NCBI GenBank assembly: GCA_963663025.1 | Contig: OY760073.1 | Coordinates: forward strand, 1,523,111 to 1,587,110 | From: Dehalococcoidia bacterium | Lineage (GTDB): Bacteria; Chloroflexota; Dehalococcoidia; Lucifugimonadales; JAGWBF01 | Direction of reading: 5' to 3' | DNA length: 64,000 nucleotides | Notes under the pieces: model-generated | The model's input: the letters and a program-made list of their open reading frames with translations, nothing else | The model's database searches: none | Told to the model about the DNA's origin: nothing | Program-made: the position numbers and the translations under genes | In this document: positions 10,988 through 20,514 of the stretch, piece after piece | How positions within the stretch are numbered: position 1 is the first letter of the stretch | How the letters are laid out: each line of letters starts with the position of its first letter

Positions 10988-11482
10988 TTGGCATCCTCAT
11001 CGGATACCTTGACCGAAACCCTTTACCTGTCCAGCTCGGCCCCGGAGGTCACCCAGGAGATCGGAAGGGTGCTGGGACGGGCGTCCCAGCCTGGCGCCAT
11101 ATTCCTGCTGACCGGGGAGCTGGGCGCGGGCAAGACCTGCCTGACCCAGGGCATCGCCCAAGGCCTGGAGGTCCCGGGCTACGTGCGAAGCCCCACCTTT
11201 GTCATGGTGACTCGCTCCATTGGTCGGCTGACCCTCCACCACATCGACCTGTACAGGGTGGAGGACTCCTTCGAGGCCCTGGACCTTGGGCTGGAGGAGC
11301 TGATGTATGGCGATGGGGTCTGCGTGGTGGAGTGGGCTGAGCGGGCCGCCGACATCTTCCCCGAGGAGTCGGTGAGCATATCCATCGACTACGGCGCATC
11401 GGAGACGGAGCGCTCCATCGCGCTGACCGCGCCGGCAGGCGCTATTGCCGGGCTACGCAACGCGCTAAAGGGATACGTCTAG
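10988..11482 (+). CDS. tsaE: tRNA threonylcarbamoyladenosine biosynthesis ATPase
   Basis: GELGAGKT, SPTF, HIDLYR and VEWAE motifs; start codon uncertain. Confidence 0.93.
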   Translation: MASSSDTLTETLYLSSSAPEVTQEIGRVLGRASQPGAIFLLTGELGAGKTCLTQGIAQGLEVPGYVRSPTFVMVTRSIGRLTLHHIDLYRVEDSFEALDLGLEELMYGDGVCVVEWAERAADIFPEESVSISIDYGASETERSIALTAPAGAIAGLRNALKGYV

Positions 11483-11485
11483 GCG

Positions 11486-12187
11486 GTGCTGCTGGCCATC
11501 GACACATCCACCCGCTCCGGCGGCGTAGCCCTGTGGGACAACGGCGCAGCGGTCGCCTCCATGTGCTGGCGCTCGACCCACCACCACTCCGAGGAGCTTA
11601 TGCCCTCCATAAGCTCGCTGATCTCCGGTCGCAGGCTGACCATGCGGGACCTGCAGGGCATCGGCGTGGCCCTGGGTCCCGGCGGTTTCAGCGCCCTGCG
11701 GGTGGGACTCAGCACCGCCAAGGGGCTGGCCATGCCGATAGGGCTGCCCCTTGTTGGCGTCGGCACCCTGGAGGCGGAAGCCCATCCCTGGCGCTCCCTT
11801 GGCATGGCGGTGCAGCCCATCCTGGATATGGGGCGGGGCAACCTCGCCACAACGCGTTTCGCCTTCGTGGGAGACGGCTGGAAGAAGGTGGCCGATGAGC
11901 ACATCGCCACCCCCGACGAACTCCTGGCATCCCTGCAGGGAGCAGGCCCGACCCTCCTGTGCGGCGAAGGGGTGGCGACTTACCGGGAAGCGCTGAAGGA
12001 GGGCCTTCCCGCGGGCAGCATGCTCATGCCCTTCACCACCACAGCCGCCAGGTTGTCCGCCCTGGGGGAGATGGCCGAGTCCAAGCTCTCGGAGGGAGGG
12101 CTGCCGGCCATGGCCAGCCTGGAACCCCTATACCTGAGGCCGCCCAACATCGGCCCTCCCAAGACCCTCAAGCGGATACAACTCTAG
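11486..12187 (+). CDS. tsaB: tRNA threonylcarbamoyladenosine biosynthesis protein
   Basis: [26 protein letters not shown] and LEPLYLR motifs. Confidence 0.93.
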   Translation: MLLAIDTSTRSGGVALWDNGAAVASMCWRSTHHHSEELMPSISSLISGRRLTMRDLQGIGVALGPGGFSALRVGLSTAKGLAMPIGLPLVGVGTLEAEAHPWRSLGMAVQPILDMGRGNLATTRFAFVGDGWKKVADEHIATPDELLASLQGAGPTLLCGEGVATYREALKEGLPAGSMLMPFTTTAARLSALGEMAESKLSEGGLPAMASLEPLYLRPPNIGPPKTLKRIQL

Positions 12188-12222
12188 TACACGCCGAAAG
12201 AGCCAACAGAAAGAGAAATCGC

Positions 12223-12675
12223 ATGGAACGAACACTGGTGCTGTTAAAACCCGATGCTGTGCAGCGCGGGATGGTGGGCGCCATCATATCCCGGCTGGAA
12301 GCAAGGGGCCTGAAGATCGTCGGCATGAAGATGCTCCAGATGGACCGGGCCCTGGCCGAAAAGCATTACGAGCCCCACATAGGCAAGCCCTTCTTCCCCG
12401 GCCTCCTCAGCTTCATAACGTCGGGGCCCATGGTTGCCATGGCTTGGGAGGGCAACAACGCCGTGGAGGTCGTCCGGAGCACCATGGGAGTCACCAACCC
12501 CGTGGAAGCCGGCCCCGGCACCATAAGGGGAGACTACGCCACCGACATCGGCCGAAACCTGGTGCACGGCTCCGATTCGCTGGAGACGGCTGAGCGCGAG
12601 GTCGCCCTGTTCTTCACGGCAAGCGAGCTGATCGACTACGACCGCAGCGTGGACAACTGGATTATAGAACGCTAA
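12223..12675 (+). CDS. ndk: Nucleoside-diphosphate kinase
   Basis: [16 protein letters not shown]...GTIRGD...NLVHGSDS. True start is ATG 12223; the ORF-track N-terminal extension is spurious. Confidence 0.97.
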   Translation: MERTLVLLKPDAVQRGMVGAIISRLEARGLKIVGMKMLQMDRALAEKHYEPHIGKPFFPGLLSFITSGPMVAMAWEGNNAVEVVRSTMGVTNPVEAGPGTIRGDYATDIGRNLVHGSDSLETAEREVALFFTASELIDYDRSVDNWIIER

Positions 12676-12734
12676 CCACTTGGGGCGCCTTGTTCCCGTG
12701 ATAGTCCAGGGGGCCTAAGTGCGGAGCTCTCGAA

Positions 12735-13094
12735 TCAGAGGACCCGGACGATTTGCGGCGCCTCGTCCCACAGTTGGTCAAGCCTGTAGAACTCCCTGGC
12801 TTCCGCGCTGAACAGGTGGATGATCACGTCGCTGAAGTCCAGGAGCAGCCATCCCGCCTGGGGCGTGCCCTCGCTGTGGTGGAGGGGTGCGCCGGCGTCT
12901 TCCAGGTGGTCGATGATGTCTTCCCGGAGGGCCCCAAGCTGGCGGTCGCTTCCGGCGCTCATGATCACGAAGTAGTCCGCGAAGGAAGCCAAGCCCCGGA
13001 GGTCCAGCAGGACGATATCCTCCGCCTGCTTCTCCGAAGCGAAATCGACTGCCATGTGGGCCAGCTCACCAGGTTCCAGAAACACCGTCCCCAA
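12735..13094 (-). CDS. rsfS: Ribosome silencing factor
   Basis: KQAEDIVLLDL, DYFVI, WLLLDFSDVIIHLF and REFYRLDQLW motifs. Confidence 0.95.
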   Translation of the reverse strand: MGTVFLEPGELAHMAVDFASEKQAEDIVLLDLRGLASFADYFVIMSAGSDRQLGALREDIIDHLEDAGAPLHHSEGTPQAGWLLLDFSDVIIHLFSAEAREFYRLDQLWDEAPQIVRVL

Positions 13095-13111
13095 AGCGCA
13101 AACTAAGGCTG

Positions 13112-13141
13112 ATTATAGCCAGCAGCAAACGCAAGGGTCAA
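13112..13141 (-). promoter_or_regulatory. Sigma70-type promoter of rsfS
   Basis: TTGACC-18 nt-TATAAT on the minus strand just upstream of rsfS. Confidence 0.6.
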
Positions 13142-13209
13142 CGCAGAGGGGGTGAGGTAAGACGGCTCCTCGGTGTGGTTGGGCTCTTTGAGTTAGGAGG
13201 CGAAAACAA

Positions 13210-13626
13210 CTATCTTGGTGCTCGTATAAGTCGGAGACCAGGTATGCCCTCGAAATCTCCATCGTCCGCTGCAAGCGGACAACTCAACAGTAGTGCTGTG
13301 GATGCAATCCAGGCATCTGCCATCTGCAATTCGCGCCCGGTTGCCCGGCGGTCGGCGCGCAATTTAGCGCAAGTATCAATCAACCCGTGGTCAGGGAAGA
13401 TAACCTCGTACTGTTGAAGGTTACGGTCCAACTCCCGCCTTCGTGATGCCCCCCACCCAGCAAGGTACGCTCCGTACCAAGCCTCCTCCAGCGTTTGGAA
13501 GGATATAACCGGTCGATTCCCCTCAAGGTGTTGCTCGTAAAAGGTGCTCTCAAAACTCCGGTTCCGGCTATGGACAATTGACACTACGCTTGTGTCCACA
13601 ACGACAAGTGGAGCGCTTCCAAGCAT
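13210..13626 (-). CDS. PIN-domain (VapC-like) ribonuclease
   Basis: VVVDTSVVS, conserved E, ADAWIASTA and DGDF acidic tetrad; TGATG overlap with the upstream gene. Confidence 0.88.
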   Translation of the reverse strand: MLGSAPLVVVDTSVVSIVHSRNRSFESTFYEQHLEGNRPVISFQTLEEAWYGAYLAGWGASRRRELDRNLQQYEVIFPDHGLIDTCAKLRADRRATGRELQMADAWIASTALLLSCPLAADDGDFEGIPGLRLIRAPR

Positions 13627-14468
13627 CAAACGTCACGCCCCTCCCGGATGACACGGTTGAACTCGTCAACATCAAACGGTTCGCTTGCCCTAACAATCTC
13701 ATCGCTGCGAAATATCTTGGGGTTGGGATCGTTCAAAAACCCCTCTAGGTCAAACGGTTCCCCAACCAGGCTAACGCTGTCAATCTTCTCCACCTGAACT
13801 CTTACCCACTTGTCCTTGGCGTTAAACCTTCCGTACCCCTTGATTTCAACGTGCTGAGTTGCCAGCCTTCGCATCTCATCGTCGAGGGAAGCGTCGAACC
13901 GCAGACGTACACGCTCATCCCCGTAGCGGTGAAGCTGGGCTGTCCGCTTGTCCCAGTTGACCTCTTTCAACCAGCCGCGCAATTGAGCATCGGTTTTTCT
14001 TCCACCCTGTTCTTTCCTCTCCTTTCTGCGCCTGATTTCTATCATGCGAGGTTGGTCAGTAGCCCCGTACCACGCGCGGACAGATGACGGTAGTCGCGCA
14101 CGTATGGCAAAGAGCCTGTCGGTCACCTCCCTTGGCAGATTGGAATCTTCATCTCCGTCCCAAGCCAGCAGGGAGTTAAGGGCCTGAACTCCGAGACCTT
14201 CCGAGTAGGGACCCTCGGTCTGTGGCGATCCCAAGGCTAGTTCAGCAATGATGGAACCTTTTCGGATCCCGGTCAGCCGCAGGTTGCTCTGATCCCGCAC
14301 CCATTTAGGGGGCTGGCCTCGTCTGGCCTCATGTCCTCCAAGGTGCTGCACCATAAGCCGCATGGCGTCTTGGACACCTTTGACCGCTGCAAAAAATTCA
14401 TCTACGGAGACACCGTCCGGGCCAATGCCTGGCCCTTCAAGTGCGACAGCAAATCGGTTCTCCACCAT
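13626..14468 (-). CDS. Hypothetical 280-aa protein translationally coupled to the PIN gene (possible large antitoxin or sensor)
   Basis: GGGAGG RBS before ATG; stop codon overlaps the PIN start; beta-rich C-terminal half; tail with a duplicated EPFD motif. Confidence 0.8.
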   Translation of the reverse strand: MVENRFAVALEGPGIGPDGVSVDEFFAAVKGVQDAMRLMVQHLGGHEARRGQPPKWVRDQSNLRLTGIRKGSIIAELALGSPQTEGPYSEGLGVQALNSLLAWDGDEDSNLPREVTDRLFAIRARLPSSVRAWYGATDQPRMIEIRRRKERKEQGGRKTDAQLRGWLKEVNWDKRTAQLHRYGDERVRLRFDASLDDEMRRLATQHVEIKGYGRFNAKDKWVRVQVEKIDSVSLVGEPFDLEGFLNDPNPKIFRSDEIVRASEPFDVDEFNRVIREGRDV

Positions 14469-14611
14469 GACCTCCCTTCGAGGGCTGGAACGCCGTCATG
14501 ATGTTCGGAGAATATATTACACTATCTGCCACCACAGGCATCCTACCAGTCGTGGCGGCCCCTTAGGATGTTTGACCCCACTGAGGGTGGCGAGGGAAGT
14601 TATAGGCTTGA

Positions 14612-15592
14612 CTAGATTGGGCTGTATAACTGTTCGTTCTCTTTGCAGTGCTTCCTCACTTCGTCCACCCATTGATCATACCAATACCACGCATTGACGA
14701 TCTGCACTCCATAGCCCTTGTCTGGCCTTCTCGCATCTAGCCTCTTCCACAGCAAAGTATGGTAATGCAAGCTAAACGTGGAGTACCCCTCATCGCGCAT
14801 TTTTCTTACGATTTCGCTGGGCAGGTGCTTAGGGCGCTCTATTTCCTTCAAGAATACACGCTCGTGTTGGTCAATCAATGACTGTCCTAATTCAGAATCG
14901 GCCCGTACGAACTCAAGAACGTGGTCGGCCTGTGCATTCTTGTTTGTCGTAGTCGGAACAAACAGGAATCGACGTCTAAAGTAGGGGGAACTGATTTCTT
15001 CGTCTGAGAGGTCGGCATCAAAGTCCTGAACATACTTGGCAACATTGGATGGTAACGGTTCAGAAGCTTCACTTGAACTAGTAGTGGCCATTAAGTCTCT
15101 GAATTGAAGAGCAAATGCAACCGACTCACCTAGAGAATGCTTCTCTCCGAACAGTTCACAAATGTATCGCTCGTAGTTCAAACAACAAGCTAGGTAACGA
15201 CTGGAGAGCTGTTTATCAACACCCACTGACTGATGGTGCTCGATCTCATGGCGCAGACCAATGAGAAAACGCAGGTTCTGTCTAGTTGGTGCATCTAATG
15301 GACATTCGTCCTCATTGAGGCAACGCTCGAGTTCCCAGTATTTGAAGGCTCCTGATTTAGTCCGGTCGAACTTCCGTCGGGCAGGGCCTTTCCGAAAGTA
15401 TCTGTATTCCATCCCACGACGACGGTAATGAGCATGAAGCAAGTAGGTCCAAGCCACGACCATTAGCACAATGAAGGTTTCGGTCTTGAAAGTGGCTAGA
15501 GGGTTGTTGAAGGTTTGGACAGCGTTCAATGCTGCTTCACGGGATTTGACCAGTAATTCTCGTTGAACTGACGGACCCCGGGTTCTATTCAC
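14612..15592 (-). CDS. DUF3644-like protein with HEPN-type RxxxxH motif
   Basis: N-terminus LLVKSREAALNAVQTFNNP...FIVLMVVAWTYLLHA resembles DUF3644 (from memory); RHEIEH motif; visibly more AT-rich than the flanks. Confidence 0.7.
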   Translation of the reverse strand: MNRTRGPSVQRELLVKSREAALNAVQTFNNPLATFKTETFIVLMVVAWTYLLHAHYRRRGMEYRYFRKGPARRKFDRTKSGAFKYWELERCLNEDECPLDAPTRQNLRFLIGLRHEIEHHQSVGVDKQLSSRYLACCLNYERYICELFGEKHSLGESVAFALQFRDLMATTSSSEASEPLPSNVAKYVQDFDADLSDEEISSPYFRRRFLFVPTTTNKNAQADHVLEFVRADSELGQSLIDQHERVFLKEIERPKHLPSEIVRKMRDEGYSTFSLHYHTLLWKRLDARRPDKGYGVQIVNAWYWYDQWVDEVRKHCKENEQLYSPI

Positions 15593-15690
15593 GGATCCTG
15601 CCCTTCCTTCGTCCCACCTCCCCTAATTGCGCCGTGCGCCAGCGTCTGAGGAACGGAGTTGAGTCAAGGGGTTCGAAGCTATTGTCCAAC

Positions 15691-15855
15691 CTACTGACTG
15701 CTCTTTGCCAATGTCAGGATGGCAAGTGCTCCTACGACTCCTACGAAGCCTCCCACCACGATTTGGACCAATGAGGTAGTACCTGCTAACCCTATAGAGA
15801 ACACCAAGCTACCTGCAACCAAAAGCCCCAATCCAACCACTAGTGAAGGTACCAT
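15691..15855 (-). CDS. 54-aa two-TM small membrane protein (not in ORF track)
   Basis: GAAGGAGAGG RBS, then ATG 15855: MVPSLVVGLGLLVAGSLVFSIGLAGTTSLVQIVVGGFVGVVGALAILTLAKSSQ*. Confidence 0.6.
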   Translation of the reverse strand: MVPSLVVGLGLLVAGSLVFSIGLAGTTSLVQIVVGGFVGVVGALAILTLAKSSQ

Positions 15856-15950
15856 CGATGCCTCTCCTTCGGAATGATTTTGTACTTGTGGCTCTCCTCG
15901 GCATAAGAGATAGCCCGCGTGCCCTCCCCGATGGAATGGAGCCTACACTA

Positions 15951-16316
15951 CTATATGACCAGCTTGGCGTCTTTGGGGCGAGCCTTGCCGCCGTGCACCG
16001 AGGGTTCGGCGCACCACTTGGCAGATAGTCGGCGCACAGCAGCGTAGGTATCCTCATCGAAGCCGATGAGGTCGCAGACCACACGCCTGTCCAGCAGGGC
16101 CCGGTTGGGGTACGCGTCGGCCAGGTAGGCAGGCAAGTACTCCGCCTCGATCACCACAGGGGAGCGGCCGGGTGCGGTGATTAGGATGTCGGGTTTAAGG
16201 CCTGGATGGCCGGCGATGGCCTGGGTGTTCTCGGAGCGCACCTGGCTACGGGCCAGCATACCTTGAAGGAGGGTGCCCATGACGACGTTGACGCTGGGCT
16301 CGGTCTGGCGAGGCAT
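15951..16316 (-). pseudogene. Probable internally deleted remnant of a large restriction-modification (type IIG-like) gene
   Basis: N-terminal PDILITAPGRSPVVIEAE (PD-(D/E)xK-like) joined abruptly at EYLPA/LPAYLAD to a C-terminal-looking KWCAEPSVHGGK segment; only 121 aa. Confidence 0.5.
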
Positions 16317-16396
16317 GATTGCCCAATGATAGCACAGGGGGTGGTGGATTCCTCAGGGGTGTGTCAGAAGTAAGGCGCGTCTCCTGCCTGCGGCTT

Positions 16397-16513
16397 CTGG
16401 ATTGCGGCCTTCGCCGCAATGACGGGAAGGGGCCGTGATGACGAGATGGGGACAGGCAGGGGCGCTGGGAGCGGTCACCCTCACCCCAGCCCTCTCCCTT
16501 GATGGGAGAGGGG
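16397..16513. repeat. Two REP-like palindromes (CGTC-type 16397-16424; CCCTCACCCC...GGGAGAGGG type 16478-16513)
   Basis: CTGGATTGCGGCCTTCGCCGCAATGACG differs by one base from the copies at 22317 and 27612; the second element recurs at 17056-17093. Confidence 0.8.
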
Positions 16514-16543
16514 GAAGGACGCCCCCTTGGCTGGAGAGTCGGT

Positions 16544-17014
16544 TCACGCCTCGGACATGGATACGATCTCTTCGAATTCGGCTCGGGTCATGGGCTGCAC
16601 CGACAGCCTGCTGTTCTTGACCAGTATCATGCCCTGCAGGGCAGGGCTCGCCTTTATCTCCGTGAGAGACACCGGCCTGCCCAGCGCCTCGTCGCCCCGT
16701 ATGTCCACCATGTACCAGATGGGGTTGTCGGGGGTGGACTTGGAGTCGTAGTGCTTCTCGCTGGGATTCAGAGCGGTGAAGTCGGGGTAGCCCTCCCGCA
16801 CTATGGTGGCCGTGCCGACGACTTGCTTCCCACCACTGCTGCTGTGGTAGAACAACACCCGGTCTCCTACCTGCATGTCGTCCCGGATCAGGTTGCGGGC
16901 TTGATAGTTGCGCACCCCGTCCCACTCAGCCTTGCGCCCTTCTTCATTCATCAGGTCTTCGAAAGAGTAGGCTTGGGGCTCGGACTTGAAGAGCCAGTAC
17001 CTTCGTTCGGGCAT
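16544..17014 (-). CDS. EVE-domain protein
   Basis: YWLFKSEP, WDGVRNYQARN, GDRVLFYHS and SRLSVQP motifs. Confidence 0.93.
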   Translation of the reverse strand: MPERRYWLFKSEPQAYSFEDLMNEEGRKAEWDGVRNYQARNLIRDDMQVGDRVLFYHSSSGGKQVVGTATIVREGYPDFTALNPSEKHYDSKSTPDNPIWYMVDIRGDEALGRPVSLTEIKASPALQGMILVKNSRLSVQPMTRAEFEEIVSMSEA

Positions 17015-17055
17015 GGCATCCCTTTCTGCGTGGATGTTTGGTTTGCCGTGGTTTC

Positions 17056-17093
17056 CCCCTCACCCCAAACCCTTTCCCGCCAGGGGAGAGGGG
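17056..17093. repeat. REP-like palindrome (CCCTCACCCC...GGGAGAGGG family)
   Basis: CCCCTCACCCCAAACCCTTTCCCGCCAGGGGAGAGGGG, similar to 16478-16513. Confidence 0.7.
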
Positions 17094-17158
17094 GTGATCT
17101 TCCAACCTTCGCCCGCCACGAGAGCGGGGAAGTTGGGCCTGCGGGCAAAGGGGCCCCC

Positions 17159-19063
17159 TTACTCTTCCAGGGTTGTGATGTCGCCCGGATCCAGACCCAG
17201 CTCCTGGGCCTTGAGAAGGCGGCGCATTATCTTGCCTGAGCGGGTCTTGGGTAGGGACGGCACGAAATCGATGGCCGATGGGACGGCGATGGGACCCAAG
17301 CCGTGGCGCACATGGGCTTGCAGTACCGACACCGTGTCGGGCTCGGGCTCGATGCCTGACCGCAGGGTGACAAAGGCCTTGATGGACTCGCCACGTATCT
17401 CGTCGGGCAGGCCGATAACCGCCGCCTCTGCTACCGAGGCGTGGGACACCAGGGCGCTCTCCACCTCGGCGGTGCCGATGCGGTGGCCGGCCACGTTGAG
17501 CACATCGTCGGCCCGGCCCACCACGCTGTAGTAGCCGTCCTCGTCCCTCAGCGCAACGTCGCCAGTGGAGTAGTAGCCGGGGATGCGGTTCCAGTCCTGG
17601 GCGTACCGGTCTGGGTCGCCGTGGACGGTGCGGAACATGGACGGGAAGGGCTTCTTCAGCACCAGGAATCCGCCCGTGTTAGGCTCGGTAACCGGCTGGC
17701 CCTCCCTGTCCACCACATCCAGCTCCACCCCTATGGCGGGCCTCCCCACCTTCCCCGGGCGGACGGGCATGGTCGGAAAGGTGGCCAGGCAGGGGCCGCC
17801 CGTCTCCGTCTGCCAGTAGTTGTCGACCATGTAGCCCCATTCGCCGTCGCCGCAGATGTGCTTGTAGGCCCAGTTCCACGCCTCCGGGTTCAGGGGCTCG
17901 CCGGCGCAGGTGAGCAGGCGCAGGCTCCGCAGGTTGCGGTTGCCGATGTAGCTTTCGCCCTCGCGCATCAGCATCCGCACAGCCGTGGGCGCGGTGAAGA
18001 TGACGCTGACGCCGTACTTCTCGATGATGCGGTAGGCCACGCTGGGGTCGGGGTAGTCGATGGCGCCCTCCCTGAAGAGGGTGGTTGCGCCTGCGATCAA
18101 GGGGGCATAGCAGATGTAGCTGTGGCCGACCACCCAGCCGATGTCGGACATGCACCAGAAGACATCTTCGTCCTTGATATCCCAGAAGGTCTTCAGGTGA
18201 AAGTAGGTGCCCACCATGTAGCCGCCGTGGACATGTTGGACTCCCTTGGGCTTGCCTGTCGTGCCGCTTGTGTAGAGGATGTAGAGGGGGTCTTCGGAGT
18301 CCATGACTTCGGCGGGGCATTCGGTCTCCGAGAGCTCCATGAGCACATCATAGTCCACTTCTTTGGCGCCGGTGAGAAGCTCCTTGGAGGTGCGCTGCCA
18401 CACCACCACCCGCTCCACGCTGTCCAGAGTGGAGACGGCTTCGTCGGCGATGGCCTTCAGGGGCACGACCCGTCCCCGGCGGTAGCCCACGTCGGCGGTT
18501 ATCACCACCTTGGCGCCGGCGTCGGTTATGCGGTCGCGAAGGGAACCGACGCTGAAGCCGGCATAGACGACGCTGTGGATGGCCCCGATGCGGGCGCAGG
18601 CAAGCATGGCGACGCACCCCTCGGGGCTGAGGGGCATGTAGATGACTACTCGGTCACCCTTCTTCACCCCCAGGGCCTTCAGGCCGTTGGCAAAGCGGTT
18701 GACCATCTGGGCCAGGCGGGCGTAGGTGAACACCCGCTCCGTGCCATCCTCACCCAGCCAGATGAAGGCGGCCTTGTTGCGCCGGGCTGTGCCCAGGTGG
18801 CGATCCAGGCAGTTGACGGTTATGTTGCACTGGCCGCCCAGGAACCACTTGAAGCTGGGGTAGTCCCACTCGAACACCTTGTCCCAGGTGCGGTGCCACT
18901 CCAGATCAGATGCGACCTCGGCCCAGAACCGCTCCGGGTCCTGGATGGACCGCTGGTAAACCCCCTCGTAGTCCTGGAGGTTTGCCTGGTCCCGCAGGGA
19001 CTGGGGAGGCTCGTACTGGTCCGTTACCTTGAGCAGGTTTTCCAGGCTCTCACGTTGCACCAT
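17159..19063 (-). CDS. acs: Acetyl-CoA synthetase (AMP-forming)
   Basis: YTSGTTGKPKG, YWQTETG, GRADD and PKTRSGKIMRRLL motifs. Confidence 0.95.
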   Translation of the reverse strand: MVQRESLENLLKVTDQYEPPQSLRDQANLQDYEGVYQRSIQDPERFWAEVASDLEWHRTWDKVFEWDYPSFKWFLGGQCNITVNCLDRHLGTARRNKAAFIWLGEDGTERVFTYARLAQMVNRFANGLKALGVKKGDRVVIYMPLSPEGCVAMLACARIGAIHSVVYAGFSVGSLRDRITDAGAKVVITADVGYRRGRVVPLKAIADEAVSTLDSVERVVVWQRTSKELLTGAKEVDYDVLMELSETECPAEVMDSEDPLYILYTSGTTGKPKGVQHVHGGYMVGTYFHLKTFWDIKDEDVFWCMSDIGWVVGHSYICYAPLIAGATTLFREGAIDYPDPSVAYRIIEKYGVSVIFTAPTAVRMLMREGESYIGNRNLRSLRLLTCAGEPLNPEAWNWAYKHICGDGEWGYMVDNYWQTETGGPCLATFPTMPVRPGKVGRPAIGVELDVVDREGQPVTEPNTGGFLVLKKPFPSMFRTVHGDPDRYAQDWNRIPGYYSTGDVALRDEDGYYSVVGRADDVLNVAGHRIGTAEVESALVSHASVAEAAVIGLPDEIRGESIKAFVTLRSGIEPEPDTVSVLQAHVRHGLGPIAVPSAIDFVPSLPKTRSGKIMRRLLKAQELGLDPGDITTLEE

Positions 19064-19069
19064 GGGGCC

Positions 19070-20281
19070 CTATCCCCCGTTCTTCCTTGAGCGCTCCGAC
19101 GCCTCGGCTTCCGCCTTGGCGAAGTCATCTTCGCTGAAGTTGTAGAGGGAGGCTCCGCCCTTCAGGATGTCGGCCGCCGTCTCCCGGGAGACGGTGCTGA
19201 GCAGGTTGTTGGAAACGTTGGGGAAGTTGGAGTCGAAGTGGGGGTAGTCGGTGGAGATGCACATCCGGTCCGCCCCGATGAGGCCTGCGGTGGGCTCGAT
19301 CTCCGGCTCGCTGCCCTCGACGGCTGCCCAGCAGTTGCGCCTGAAGTACTCCTTGGGCGTCATGGACAGGTAGGGGGCGTGGGAGTCCCTGTAGTTGGCG
19401 TAGTCCCACTCGATGCGGGTCAAGAGACCAGGCACCCAGGAGTTCTGGGCTTCCAGGAACCCCACCCTGAGCTTGGGATGGAACTCGTACACGCCGCCGG
19501 TGATCTGCGCGATAAGGGCCTGCTGCATCTCGATCCAGTGGCTGGCGACGTGCCTGGGGAAGCGGTTCTCCCCGTAGATCACGTTCATGTTGGAGTACCA
19601 AGCCCCGGTCCCCTCGTGGAAGCACCAGGACACATTCAGCTCCTCGTGCAGGCTGTAAAGGGGGTCCCAGTAGTTGGAGTGCCAGTAGTGCCCGTTCACG
19701 AAGTTGGGCCGCAGGAAGGAGCCCACGGCGCCCATGTCACGGACACACCGCACCAGCTCCCGGCAGGCCAGGTTGACGTCGTGCACGGGAAGCATAGCCA
19801 CGAACTTCAGACGGGCGGGGCTGTAGGAGCAGAAGTCGTGTATCCAGTTGTTGTAGGCCTGGCATATGGCCAGGGACATCTCCGGGTCCATGTTGTTCCG
19901 GGCCAGCCACGCCAGGCCGCCCGTCGGGAAGAGCACGGCGATGTCAATTCCCTCCATCTCCATGCCCATGACCTGGGCTTGCTCGTCATAGTCCCGCTGG
20001 ATGGCGAAGTCCAGGCGGCCGCTTGCCGCCAGTCTGGAGTCCGAGAGGGGCTGCGTGCCCGAAGTGGAGTTGCCCTTGGCCCGCTTGCGGTACTGCTGGA
20101 GCTCGATGTCCATGGAGGCCGGGGTGTTGTCTATCACAACCATGCCTCGCCGGGGCTTCCCGTCGGAGCCCACTGGCATCCGTATCCGGTCCTTGAACTC
20201 GTCATCCAGGTACCGCTCGAACATGTCGGGGGGTTCCATGATGTGCATATCGCAATCGACGAACCGGAGTCCTTCCTTCAT
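19070..20281 (-). CDS. Amidohydrolase family protein (amidohydro_2)
   Basis: DCDMHIMEP, YNNWI, FHEG and STDYPHFD motifs. Confidence 0.88.
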   Translation of the reverse strand: MKEGLRFVDCDMHIMEPPDMFERYLDDEFKDRIRMPVGSDGKPRRGMVVIDNTPASMDIELQQYRKRAKGNSTSGTQPLSDSRLAASGRLDFAIQRDYDEQAQVMGMEMEGIDIAVLFPTGGLAWLARNNMDPEMSLAICQAYNNWIHDFCSYSPARLKFVAMLPVHDVNLACRELVRCVRDMGAVGSFLRPNFVNGHYWHSNYWDPLYSLHEELNVSWCFHEGTGAWYSNMNVIYGENRFPRHVASHWIEMQQALIAQITGGVYEFHPKLRVGFLEAQNSWVPGLLTRIEWDYANYRDSHAPYLSMTPKEYFRRNCWAAVEGSEPEIEPTAGLIGADRMCISTDYPHFDSNFPNVSNNLLSTVSRETAADILKGGASLYNFSEDDFAKAEAEASERSRKNGG

Positions 20282-20514
20282 CCTATTCTCCTTAATGGCA
20301 ACGGCCGGATTATCTCAGCCATTATATCGTTGCCGCCCCTGCGGGACAACGATAGGTCAACCCCCAAGGGGGCACATGAGCTTTGCCGGATAGCATAGGC
20401 CAGCAAGAATGTGGTGTAAGGTCATCGCTACGGGCACCTGGGAAGCTCTCCTCAGAATCGTGCGCTATGGTATAAATAGCTGAGCCGGCTTGGGGGGTTG
20501 ATATTAGGGCAGGC

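Noticed and set aside
16544..17014. EVE protein as part of the adjacent defence islet
   Set aside because: It is a standard stand-alone EVE protein with backbone-like composition, co-oriented with acs and separated from the islet by REP elements.
17441..19090. Long antisense ORFs (this one, 20704-22170, 32124-33443, 7682-8869, 41478-42659 and similar)
   Set aside because: They are shadow frames of well-supported genes on the opposite strand, expected in GC-rich DNA, with no recognisable motifs.
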